DNA from: Ktedonobacterales bacterium
Lineage (GTDB): Bacteria > Chloroflexota > Ktedonobacteria > Ktedonobacterales > JADMIN01
Assembly: GCA_030167145.1 (NCBI GenBank)
Contig: CP126532.1
Coordinates: forward strand, 2,190,001-2,222,000
DNA length: 32,000 nucleotides
Direction of reading: 5' to 3'
Below are positions 1 to 7,125 of this stretch, in pieces. The position numbers were made by a program, and so were the translations under genes. Under the pieces are notes generated by a model. It worked only from the letters and a program-made list of their open reading frames with translations, ran no database searches and was not told the origin of the DNA. Position 1 is the stretch's first letter, and every line of letters begins with the position of its first letter.

Positions 1-974
1 CGACTCATGATGCGTGGCGCGAGGAGGTTGCTCTCAAGCTGCTGGATGATGACGTAGGCGATGATGGTGAGCAGGGCGGTGAGCGGCGATTGGGTGAAGG
101 CGACGGCGACGGCAGGTACGGCGGCGATCCAGGGGCCAAGGAGGGGGATGAGTTCGGCGACACCGGCGACGACGGAGAGCAGCAGGGCGTTGTGGACGCC
201 GATGAGGGTGAGGGCGATGAAGCTGGCGATGCCGATGGAGGCGCTGAGGACGATCTGGCCGATGAGCCAGCCGCCCATGCGCGTGCCGATGGTGTCGGTG
301 ACGCGGCGGGCGCGCTCAATCTGGCTGGCGGGGAGGAAGGAGAGGAGGTAGTCGCGGATGCGGTTGCCGTCTACGACAAGGTAGAAGGTGATGAGGAGGG
401 TGAGGATGGTGGTGAGCAGGCCGCCGAAGACGCCGAGGGCGATGCCAATGAGGTTGAGGGCCTGTGCGAGGATGGCGCCAGCCTGGTTGCCGAGGTTCTT
501 GACCTGATCTTGCAAGGCGGGGCCAAGCGGCGGTAGGAAGGTGAACTGCTTTTGCAGGCTGTCGAGGCTGGCGACGAAGTGCGCGCCGAATTCGGGGGCC
601 TGGGTGATGAGGGATTGGACTTCGGTGATGACGGGTGGCACGAGGAGGAAGCCAAGGCCGACGAGGGCGAGGATAAGCAGGAGGTAGATGAGGATGACGG
701 AGACGCCGCGCGGCAGGCCGATGCGGGTGAGGCGGACGGTGAGCGGGGTGATGCCGGCGGCGAGGATGGTGGCGATGAGAACCTGGATGAGGAGGTCGCG
801 CAGGGCGATGACGAGCCAGATGCCAATGAGGGCGGCGAGCGCGAGGATGACGAGGCGCGCGGGGGTGGTCCAGGTGGACCAGGGGATGGAGGATGGACGC
901 GCGGGGGCGGTAGCACTGCCAGGCTCAGCCTGAACGGCTACGGCTGTGTCAGTGGTGGTTTCGGTTGGTTCCAT
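1..974 (-). CDS. AI-2E family transporter (PerM/UPF0118-like permease); 3' end runs off the left edge of the window
   Basis: Absent from the ORF track because it has no stop in the window. My translation of the minus strand from the ATG at complement 972-974 gives 324 uninterrupted codons: MEPTETTTDTAVAVQAEPGS...WTTPARLVILALAALIGIWLVIALRDLLIQVLIATILAAGITPL...TFYLVVDGNRIRDYLLSFLP...TRMGGWLIGQIVLSASIG...VAGVAELIPLLGPWIAAVPAVAVAF...IIQQLESNLLAPRIMS. It is multi-TM, and the E-x-IP-x-x-GP and QQ-x-E-x-N-x-x-x-P-x-I motifs are typical of AI-2E/PerM permeases. The + strand G/D/E-rich ORFs 90..536 and 552..1037 are its antisense shadows. Confidence 0.8.
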   Translation of the reverse strand, partial: MEPTETTTDTAVAVQAEPGSATAPARPSSIPWSTWTTPARLVILALAALIGIWLVIALRDLLIQVLIATILAAGITPLTVRLTRIGLPRGVSVILIYLLLILALVGLGFLLVPPVITEVQSLITQAPEFGAHFVASLDSLQKQFTFLPPLGPALQDQVKNLGNQAGAILAQALNLIGIALGVFGGLLTTILTLLITFYLVVDGNRIRDYLLSFLPASQIERARRVTDTIGTRMGGWLIGQIVLSASIGIASFIALTLIGVHNALLLSVVAGVAELIPLLGPWIAAVPAVAVAFTQSPLTALLTIIAYVIIQQLESNLLAPRIMS

Positions 975-1304
975 CGCGTGGGTCCTCTCTTGCCGTGGAA
1001 GGCTATGAAACGTGACAGGGCGATTATATCAAGATAACGAACGAGTGGGCGTTTTTGGGTATCCACCCTCGGCGCAGCCTCGGCCATGAATTGCAGGAGC
1101 ACGGACGCGGGCTGGGGTCGCCTCGGCCATGAATGGCCGGAGCACAGCATATGGGCATGAATGCCTGGGTAGGCGCGGGGGGCGAGCGAGGTGGTAAGGA
1201 AGCTTCTGGCTCTTTGAGATTGGGAGCGCGGGGCGGGATGGGAGATAAAGGAAGCTCCCGGTCTGAAGGCCGCGGGTAATCTCGATGGCAGGGTTGTGGT
1301 GGAA

Positions 1305-1331
1305 ATGGCCGATATGGCCGATATGGCCGAT
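1305..1331. repeat. Perfect 9-bp tandem repeat (atggccgat) x3
   Basis: Direct reading: atggccgat at 1305-1313, 1314-1322 and 1323-1331. Confidence 0.95.
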
Positions 1332-1735
1332 ATATGCGGGTGGGCAGTTGCCGATTCTGCCGATTTTCGCGGTGGTATGGGAGATGTGACCGGAAGTGGC
1401 GTAAATTGTCCGGGGAATTTTCGCCGTTTTCGCCGCAATTTCGCGCAGGTGCAGGCGCCAGAGTTGCCGATTTGGCCGATTTTGGCGATTGGCGAATCGA
1501 GGGAGTTGCTGATTTGGCGATTGGGTACTTGCCGATTTGGCCGAAATGCGCGGTTGGACGCTCGGAGCGAGATCGGTAGTAAAGGAAACTTTCGGCCTGA
1601 AGGCCGCGGGTAATCCTGGTTGGTGAGCAGTGGCCGATGTGGCCGATTTTGGCGATTGGGTGGGGGCGAATGATGGGATGTGAGGGGATGTGACGGGAGA
1701 TGGGGGAGCATTTTCGCCGTTTTCGCCGCAAATCT

Positions 1736-1771
1736 GAGTTGCCAGAGTTGCCAGAGTTGCCAGAGTTGCCG
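1736..1771. repeat. 9-bp tandem repeat (gagttgcca) x3 plus gagttgccg
   Basis: Direct reading: gagttgcca at 1736-1744, 1745-1753 and 1754-1762, then gagttgccg at 1763-1771. Confidence 0.95.
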
Positions 1772-1920
1772 ATTTGGCCGATTTTTGTCGCATTGGAGAT
1801 GCTCCTTGCGCGCGGGAATGGATGGTGCGCTCATCAGGGTAGTGTAGCATGCGGGTGGGGATGGGGGGTGCTGGCGAGGCAGGCAATCGCGGTCAGTTAC
1901 GGACAGGTGTTGTGCGAGCA

Positions 1921-3090
1921 TTACCCCTGGTTGTGGTCGCGCTGGACTTTGCCGTAGCTGCTCTTTTCGATGTTCCAGGTTTCGAGGAGGTTGCCGCGCA
2001 GGTCGTTGTCGGCGAAGATGCCGCCGGAGCCGTTGCTGATGCGGATGGCGTGCTGGGTGTTGCGGGTGATGTGGTTGCGGCGGGCGATGACGTAGGCGTC
2101 GGGGCCGGTGAGGGTGAGGCCGCTGCCGGTGTGGCCGCTGATCTCGTTGTCTTCGAGGGTGACGGTGTCTTTGCCGCCGAGGAAGATGCCCCAGCCGTTG
2201 CCGTCGTGGATGCGATTGCCGCGCAGCAGCACGGGGTCGGCACAGGTGGCGGTGATGTTGACGCAGGCGCCGGTGGTCTGGGCGCTGATGTCGCAGTCGC
2301 AGAGTTCGACGTGGCCGGAGGCAATGGCAACGCAGTCGAGGATTTTTCCGCCGGTTTGGCGCAGGGTGAGGTTGGTGATATGGATGGGGGCTGTGGGTGG
2401 GGCGTCTATGCGCAGGGCGGTGGCGGTGTCGCCTTCGATGATGATGCGCTCGCGGGGGCCTTCGCCGGTGAGGGTGAGGGCGCGGGTGAGGGTGAGTGGC
2501 TCGACGTAGCGGCCAGGGTGAATGACGATGCGGTCGCCGTCGCGGGCGTGGGCGAGGGCGGCGGCGATGCTGGGGTAGGCGTCGGGGTCGTGGGGGTCTA
2601 CGGTGTGGGTGATGGAGCCATCGGGCGCGGGGGTGGGGGCGAGCGCGGCGGGCACGGTGGCGGTGGGGGCGATGCCCAGGGCGCGGCGCAGGTCGTCGAG
2701 CCAGATGCGGCGGGGTTTGCTGGCGGTGTCTATGAAGAGGTGGGCGTAGTCGAAGGGTTCGGGCTGGTAGGCCGGATCGAGGATGAGGTTGATGAGGACA
2801 CGATAGGTTTCGCCGTTTGCGCTGTGTTCGCTGGCCTGGAGGCCACGGAAGGCGCCGGCTTCGAGGCGCATCCAGTAGGAGCGCTGGGCGGCGGGGGTGC
2901 AGATGCGAAGGAAGATGTCGCGTTCGGCGATGGCGCGTTGGATGGCGTGGGAGAGGTCGTCGCCGGCTTCGAGGCGGTTGGTGTCGAACCAGTAGTCCAC
3001 GCCCCAGGCGTCGAGGGCAGCGAGCAGAGGGGCGCAGCGGTCGTTGTCGTCGTGGGCGTGGCTGATGAAGACGTGGCCGTTGCCGCGCAT
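1921..3090 (-). CDS. TIR-domain protein fused to a right-handed parallel beta-helix (PbH1/CASH-like) repeat domain
   Basis: This is the real part of ORF 1921..3429. The start is the ATG at complement 3088-3090 (MRGNGHVFISHAHDD...), preceded by a GGAGGG SD. The N-terminus VFISHAHDDNDRCAPLLAALDAWGVDYWFDTNRLEAGDDLSHAIQRAIAERDIFLRICTPAAQRSYWMRLEAGAF fits the TIR_2 pattern (FISY/H-x-x-D ... G ... W-x-D ... S-x-W-x-x-x-E). A Pro/Ala/Thr linker follows. The C-terminus has repeated ~22-aa beta-helix turns (NRIHDGNGWGIFLGGKDTVTLEDNEISGHTGSGLTLTGPDAYVIARRNHITRNTQHAIRISNGSGGIFADNDLRGN). Confidence 0.75.
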   Translation of the reverse strand: MRGNGHVFISHAHDDNDRCAPLLAALDAWGVDYWFDTNRLEAGDDLSHAIQRAIAERDIFLRICTPAAQRSYWMRLEAGAFRGLQASEHSANGETYRVLINLILDPAYQPEPFDYAHLFIDTASKPRRIWLDDLRRALGIAPTATVPAALAPTPAPDGSITHTVDPHDPDAYPSIAAALAHARDGDRIVIHPGRYVEPLTLTRALTLTGEGPRERIIIEGDTATALRIDAPPTAPIHITNLTLRQTGGKILDCVAIASGHVELCDCDISAQTTGACVNITATCADPVLLRGNRIHDGNGWGIFLGGKDTVTLEDNEISGHTGSGLTLTGPDAYVIARRNHITRNTQHAIRISNGSGGIFADNDLRGNLLETWNIEKSSYGKVQRDHNQG

Positions 3091-3250
3091 GTGGGTGTGT
3101 CCCTCCAATGATCTCGGCCTTTGGTTGCGCGAACAGCATAGTATACGGCGATGCGCGGCGCAAGGGGCAGGGGTGCTGGTCGAGCAGGTGGCGCGTGATT
3201 GAGCTGATGTTGACGGAATACTGCTTTCCTGTATACTGAGTGTCAAGATA

Positions 3251-4888
3251 GTGGGAGCGGGCGGCGCCGTAATGCGGTGGATGAAGGGGAAATCGTGTAT
3301 GCACCAGCCAGGGAAGCAGCACGAGGTGGGGTGGCTGTGGAGAAATGAGGTGGAACTGGCGGCGCTGGTGGTGATCGGCGTGGGGGCGATGGCGCTGCGG
3401 GTGTGGCCGCTTGGCGGGTACGCGCACAATTATGATGAGGGTATCTACTGGCAATGCTTGCGGGCGATGGCGCGGGGGGAGTTGCCGTTTCGTTCGGTGT
3501 ATAGCTCGCAGCCACAAGCGTATCTGCTGGCGCTGTTGTTGCCGTATCTGTTGCTGGGGCAGACGTTGATTGCGGCGCGGGTGACGATGGCGCTGTATTC
3601 GCTGGTGGCGCTGGCGGGGATGTATTGCGCGGGGAAGATGCTGGGAGGACGGTGGGCGGGGATCGGCGCGTGCGCGCTGCTGGCCGTGCAACCGCTCTTT
3701 CTGCGGCAGTCGTATACGGTGATGGCGGAGATGCCCGCGCTGGCGTTCGCGTGCGTGGCGGTGGCGCTGGCTATCGCGGCGGGGCGACACGCGGGGAGGT
3801 GGGGCTACTGGCTGGCGGTGGGCAGTGGGGTGGCGCTGGCGTTTGGCGTGCTGACGAAGTTGCTGGATGTGGCGGCGATAGCGCCGGTGGTGGCCTCTGT
3901 CGTTGGGTCGGAGATTGCGGCGCGGGATGGGAGCGCGCGTGCTCGTGCGCGGGCAATGCGCGGGGCGATGCGGAGGATGGCGTTGCTGGGGCTTGGGGTG
4001 GTGGTGGGCGCGGCGGTGGTGACGGCGCCGTATCTGTCAAGCCTGGGGGCGATCTTCGATCAGGCGGTGGGACTGCACTTGACAGCGCAAAACAGGCTGA
4101 ATCGGGGTATCGGATTCAATTTGACGCTCATCATCGGCACCGCGCGCATGTATGGCGGCTATGCGCTGGCGGGGATGGCTGGAATCGCGGTGGCGCTGGC
4201 GCTGTGGCGGCGCAGCGGGGTGGTGGTCGTGCCGGTGGTGTGGCTGGTGGGGTCGGTGGCGGTCGTGTTGCATCAACAGCCGCTCTACGATCATCATGTT
4301 GTGGCGCTGACGCCACCGCTGGCGCTGCTGGCGGGGCTGAGCCTGTCGCTGGCATGGGGAGCAGCCAATGGGAGAGCGGTGGCGGTAGGCTCGCGGGCGG
4401 CGGGTGGAGCACGGGCGTCCACCGGACGCCCCTACGCAGGGTGGTGGCGAGTGATGGGGAGAGTGGCGCTGGTGACGGCGACGCTGGTGATGATGGAGGT
4501 GACACTGGCGGTGAGCGTGCAGGTTGACGTGCGGGAGAGTCAGGTGGCGGCGGTGGCGATATCGTCCGCTGAGCAGCGCATTGTCGAGACGCTGGACATG
4601 AAAACTACGCCTGGGGAGTACATTGTCAGCGACGACCAGTTTACGGTGGGGCTGGCGAATCGGGATGTGCCGCCGGAACTGACCGATACCTCGGAGGGGC
4701 GGATTGAAAGCGGGAATCTGACGAGCGCGGCGCTGGAGGCTGTGATTCTGCGCGATCATGTGCGGGCGGTGTATTTTGGCACAGGACGGTTCGATTTGCT
4801 TCCAGATTTCGTTGGATGGGTGCGGGCGCATTTCAAGGAAGAGATCAGTTTTGGCAATGGGCAGCGGTTGTATCTGACGACGGGTTGA
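3251..4888 (+). CDS. GT-C fold membrane glycosyltransferase (ArnT / PMT_2 / GT39-like)
   Basis: 545-aa ORF with many TM segments. It has the first-loop YDEGIY acidic motif characteristic of ArnT/PMT-type lipid-linked sugar transferases, and a soluble C-terminal domain. The start is uncertain: GTG 3251, ATG 3272, or ATG 3299 (preceded by AAGGGGA). Confidence 0.7.
   Translation: MGAGGAVMRWMKGKSCMHQPGKQHEVGWLWRNEVELAALVVIGVGAMALRVWPLGGYAHNYDEGIYWQCLRAMARGELPFRSVYSSQPQAYLLALLLPYLLLGQTLIAARVTMALYSLVALAGMYCAGKMLGGRWAGIGACALLAVQPLFLRQSYTVMAEMPALAFACVAVALAIAAGRHAGRWGYWLAVGSGVALAFGVLTKLLDVAAIAPVVASVVGSEIAARDGSARARARAMRGAMRRMALLGLGVVVGAAVVTAPYLSSLGAIFDQAVGLHLTAQNRLNRGIGFNLTLIIGTARMYGGYALAGMAGIAVALALWRRSGVVVVPVVWLVGSVAVVLHQQPLYDHHVVALTPPLALLAGLSLSLAWGAANGRAVAVGSRAAGGARASTGRPYAGWWRVMGRVALVTATLVMMEVTLAVSVQVDVRESQVAAVAISSAEQRIVETLDMKTTPGEYIVSDDQFTVGLANRDVPPELTDTSEGRIESGNLTSAALEAVILRDHVRAVYFGTGRFDLLPDFVGWVRAHFKEEISFGNGQRLYLTTG
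4413..4435. repeat. 23-bp palindrome-containing element (gggcgtccaccggacgcccctac) lying inside the GT-C coding sequence
   Basis: Identical 23-mer at 7803-7825. It contains the hairpin GGCGTCC-acc-GGACGCC. It is read in frame as ...ARASTGRPYAGW... in the GT-C protein. Confidence 0.85.
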
Positions 4889-4907
4889 GATGACACACAC
4901 ACGGCTC

Positions 4908-4936
4908 TTGACATGGGTGGTCTATTTCGATATAGT
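4908..4936 (+). promoter_or_regulatory. Putative sigma-70-type promoter for the ArsR-MFS pair
   Basis: TTGACA (4908-4913), 17-bp spacer, TATAGT (4931-4936). It sits in the only AT-rich patch of this intergenic region, ~55 bp upstream of the ATG at 4993. Confidence 0.5.
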
Positions 4937-4953
4937 TCTAATTAGATGTATAT
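4930..4953. promoter_or_regulatory. Imperfect inverted repeat overlapping the -10 element; candidate ArsR-family operator
   Basis: ATATAGTTCTA-at-TAGATGTATAT, with 9 of 11 arm positions complementary. ArsR/SmtB repressors typically bind AT-rich inverted repeats of this kind over their own promoter. Confidence 0.35.
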
Positions 4954-4992
4954 CAACGTAGATGGAGAATGAACTAGATGGGATGGTGACGT

Positions 4993-5631
4993 ATGACGCA
5001 GGAAGAGCAGGACGAGCTACAAACGCTGCTGGTGTATCTGAAGACGCTGGCGGACCAGACGCGGCTGCGAATTTTGGGGTTGCTGGCGGCGGAGAAGCGG
5101 AGTGTGGAAGAGTTGGCGGCGCTGCTGGATTTGAAGGCGTCTACGGTGTCGTGGCATCTGGCGCGGCTAAAGGAAATTGATCTGGTGGTGATGAAGGCGG
5201 AGGGGAATACGCATGTCTACCGGATGAATGGCCGGGGGCTGGGGCGAATCAACAAGCTGCTGGCGGCGCCGGAGCGGGCGGTGATGATCGGCGATGTGGA
5301 GGCGGATGCCTGGGAGCGGAAGGTGCTGCGCGACTTTGTGGAGGAGGGACGGCTGAAGGGGATTCCGGCGTACCGGAAGAAGCGGCAGATCATCGTGCGG
5401 TGGCTGGTGGGGCAGTTCCAGCAGGGCAGGACGTACACCGAGAAAGAGGTGAACGAGATGATTGCGCGGTATCATCCCGATACGGCGTATCTGCGGCGGG
5501 AACTGGTGGGGGAGAAGCTGATGCAGCGCGAGCATGGGATGTACTGGCGGACGGACGCGGATGGGGATGGGATGGATGGCGTGGGAGAGATGAAGGCAGA
5601 GGCAGCGCCACAGGATAAGCCGGAGGCATGA
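4993..5631 (+). CDS. ArsR/SmtB-family winged-helix transcriptional regulator with a C-terminal DUF2087-like domain
   Basis: The N-terminus LKTLADQTRLRILGLLAAEKRSVEELAALLDLKASTVSWHLARLKEIDLVVMKAEGNTHVYRMN is a canonical ArsR HTH. The C-terminal half (FVEEGRLKGIPAYRKKRQIIVRWLVGQFQQGRTYTEKEVNEMIARYHPDTAYLRRELV) matches the DUF2087 pattern as I remember it. Confidence 0.85.
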   Translation: MTQEEQDELQTLLVYLKTLADQTRLRILGLLAAEKRSVEELAALLDLKASTVSWHLARLKEIDLVVMKAEGNTHVYRMNGRGLGRINKLLAAPERAVMIGDVEADAWERKVLRDFVEEGRLKGIPAYRKKRQIIVRWLVGQFQQGRTYTEKEVNEMIARYHPDTAYLRRELVGEKLMQREHGMYWRTDADGDGMDGVGEMKAEAAPQDKPEA

Positions 5632-5665
5632 GGGTGTATAGGGCGTAGGGAGTGGGACCAACCAC

Positions 5666-6913
5666 ATGAATGGCAAGAATCTTCGCGTGCTGCGCGAGGA
5701 GCGGGCGTTTGCGCGCCTGCTGAGCGCGAGTTTCATCAGTCGCACGGGTGACTGGTTCAATACAGTGGCGGTGCTGAGTCTGCTGCTGACGCTGACGGGA
5801 TCGGGGCTGGCGGTGGGTGTGGCGCTGGCGTTGCAGGTGTTTCCGCGCCTGGTCTTCAGTCCGGTGGCGGGGATACTGGCGGACCGGCTGCCGCGCAAGG
5901 CGATTCTCATCGTGACGGATCTGTGTAGTATGGGGCTGGCGCTGTCGTTGCTGCTGGTGACAACACCTGGGCGGGTCTGGATTGTGTATGTGGGCACGAT
6001 TGGCCTGGTGGTGTGCAGCAATCTGCGAGCGCCAGCGCGGACAGCTATCGTGCCTGATCTGGTGCGACCAGAGAACTTGCTGGCGGCGAATGGCCTGGAA
6101 GGGGTGATGAGCGGCTCGGTGATGATGTTGGGCGCGGTGCTGGGCGGTATCGCGAGCGGCGTGTTCGGGCCACAGGTCGCTTTTGTCTTGAACGCGCTTT
6201 CGTTTCTGGTCTCGGCACTGCTGATCGTGAGCATTCGCATTCCGGCGGGCGAACGCCGGACGCGGCGCGGGAAGGCGGCGCTGGGCAGCATCTGGCCGCT
6301 GTTGCGGAATACTCCGCTCTTGCGGATCATTCTGTTGCTGGCGATGCTCTGGCCGCTGGGTGGCGGCATGCTGAACGTGCTGCTCAGCGTCTACGCCTTT
6401 CAGGTGTTTCATGCGGGCGACGCTGGTGTGGGGGTGCTCTACGGCGCGATTGGCGTGGGGCTGCTGCTGGGCGGAATGCTCACCACGCGCTTCGCGCGCT
6501 GGATGCGGGGCGCGATTGCGGGGGCCTATGTGCTGGAGGGGGTGTGCAATGTGCTGATGAGCCGGTCGCCAAGTTTGGGAATCGCGGCGGTGTTGCTGGT
6601 GGTGGGCACGCTGGCGTCGGGTGTGGGGAATGCCTGCATCTCGTTTCTGCTGATGCCGCTGACACCGTCGCGGCAGCTTGGGCGGGTTTCGGCGCTGATG
6701 AGCACGGTTTCGAGCTGTACGTTTGGCGGTTCACTGCTGCTATCAGGCGTATTGCTGGCGCGGGTCGCGCCGAGGGAGCTGGGGCTGCTGGGCGGGATGC
6801 TCATCACTGTGGCGGGGCTGGTGGGGGCGCTGGCGCTGTGGCGGACGCCGCTGCCGGTGGAGACGGCGCACGAAGAGGAGACGGCAGAGCGCGCTGTCGT
6901 TGCGAAAGGATAA
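5666..6913 (+). CDS. MFS transporter (12-TM, MFS_3/EntS-like)
   Basis: 415 aa and polytopic. The motif GILADRLPRK (the MFS motif A region, G-x-x-x-D-R-x-x-R-K) follows TM2. It lies immediately downstream of the ArsR regulator. Confidence 0.85.
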   Translation: MNGKNLRVLREERAFARLLSASFISRTGDWFNTVAVLSLLLTLTGSGLAVGVALALQVFPRLVFSPVAGILADRLPRKAILIVTDLCSMGLALSLLLVTTPGRVWIVYVGTIGLVVCSNLRAPARTAIVPDLVRPENLLAANGLEGVMSGSVMMLGAVLGGIASGVFGPQVAFVLNALSFLVSALLIVSIRIPAGERRTRRGKAALGSIWPLLRNTPLLRIILLLAMLWPLGGGMLNVLLSVYAFQVFHAGDAGVGVLYGAIGVGLLLGGMLTTRFARWMRGAIAGAYVLEGVCNVLMSRSPSLGIAAVLLVVGTLASGVGNACISFLLMPLTPSRQLGRVSALMSTVSSCTFGGSLLLSGVLLARVAPRELGLLGGMLITVAGLVGALALWRTPLPVETAHEEETAERAVVAKG

Positions 6914-6995
6914 AGGAGGGCACGTGATGATCGAGCTAGAGACGTTGCAACTGCGGATGCGGCGCGGCGGAGGCTGATGCGGGAGCGGGTGATAT

Positions 6996-7125
6996 GACCT
7001 CTCCCCTTGCCCCTCCCCTCCTCGGAACCCCTCCTTGGAATGACTCGGAGGGGCTGCGCTCCGCTTGCCCTCCTTGGAACGGCGCGGAGGGGCTGTGCTC
7101 CGCTGGCCCCACGAGGAGAGGGGTG
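6996..7125. repeat. Composite REP-like element: nested CCCCTCC...GGAGGGG hairpins between two half-arms of the CCCCTCTCC/GGAGAGGGG family
   Basis: Two direct copies of ccctccttggaaNNNNNNggaggggctgYgctccgct (about 7029-7066 and 7068-7105), each an internal inverted repeat. The right end, ggagaggggtgaat (7113-7126), is identical to 7728-7741. Confidence 0.6.

Larger units (their letters stand above)
1078..1790. repeat. Composite non-coding repeat tract: an imperfect tandem duplication (offset ~293-334 bp) carrying nested 9-bp-periodic GCCG-core repeats
   Basis: Anchors shared by the two large units: aaaggaaGctCCcggTctgaaggccgcgggtaatc (1247-1281) vs aaaggaaActTTcggCctgaaggccgcgggtaatc (1581-1615); ttttcgccgttttcgccgcaa (1418-1438 vs 1711-1731); gagttgccgatttggccgatttt (1461-1484 vs 1763-1786). 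A separate 25-bp pair, cctcggccatgaatNNcNggagcac, lies at 1078-1102 and 1121-1145. No ORF here has a believable protein-like translation. Confidence 0.85.

Noticed and set aside
1305-1771. Possible CRISPR array (the same question applies to the 31-bp array at 26879-27034)
   Set aside because: The repeats are directly contiguous or only 9 bp long, there are no unique spacers of 25-40 bp, and there are no cas genes in the window.
1296-1957. + strand ORFs 1296..1613 and 1700..1957 within the repeat tract, which share FRRFRR ... ELPIWPI peptides
   Set aside because: The shared peptides simply mirror the duplicated DNA anchors. The same repeats read open in several frames on both strands. There is no SD or start context and no protein-like composition.
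938-3790. 950-aa minus-strand ORF, plus similar long ORFs rich in Pro/Arg/His/Gln or Gly/Asp/Glu (e.g. 90..536, 552..1037, 1849..3111, 5167..6369, 5390..6412, 10215..11231, 11367..12545, 19542..20906, 22120..23241, 27630..29051, 30576..31442)
   Set aside because: Their translations are low-complexity and lie antisense to, or out of frame with, ORFs that have clear family motifs. Long stop-free shadow frames are expected at this GC content.
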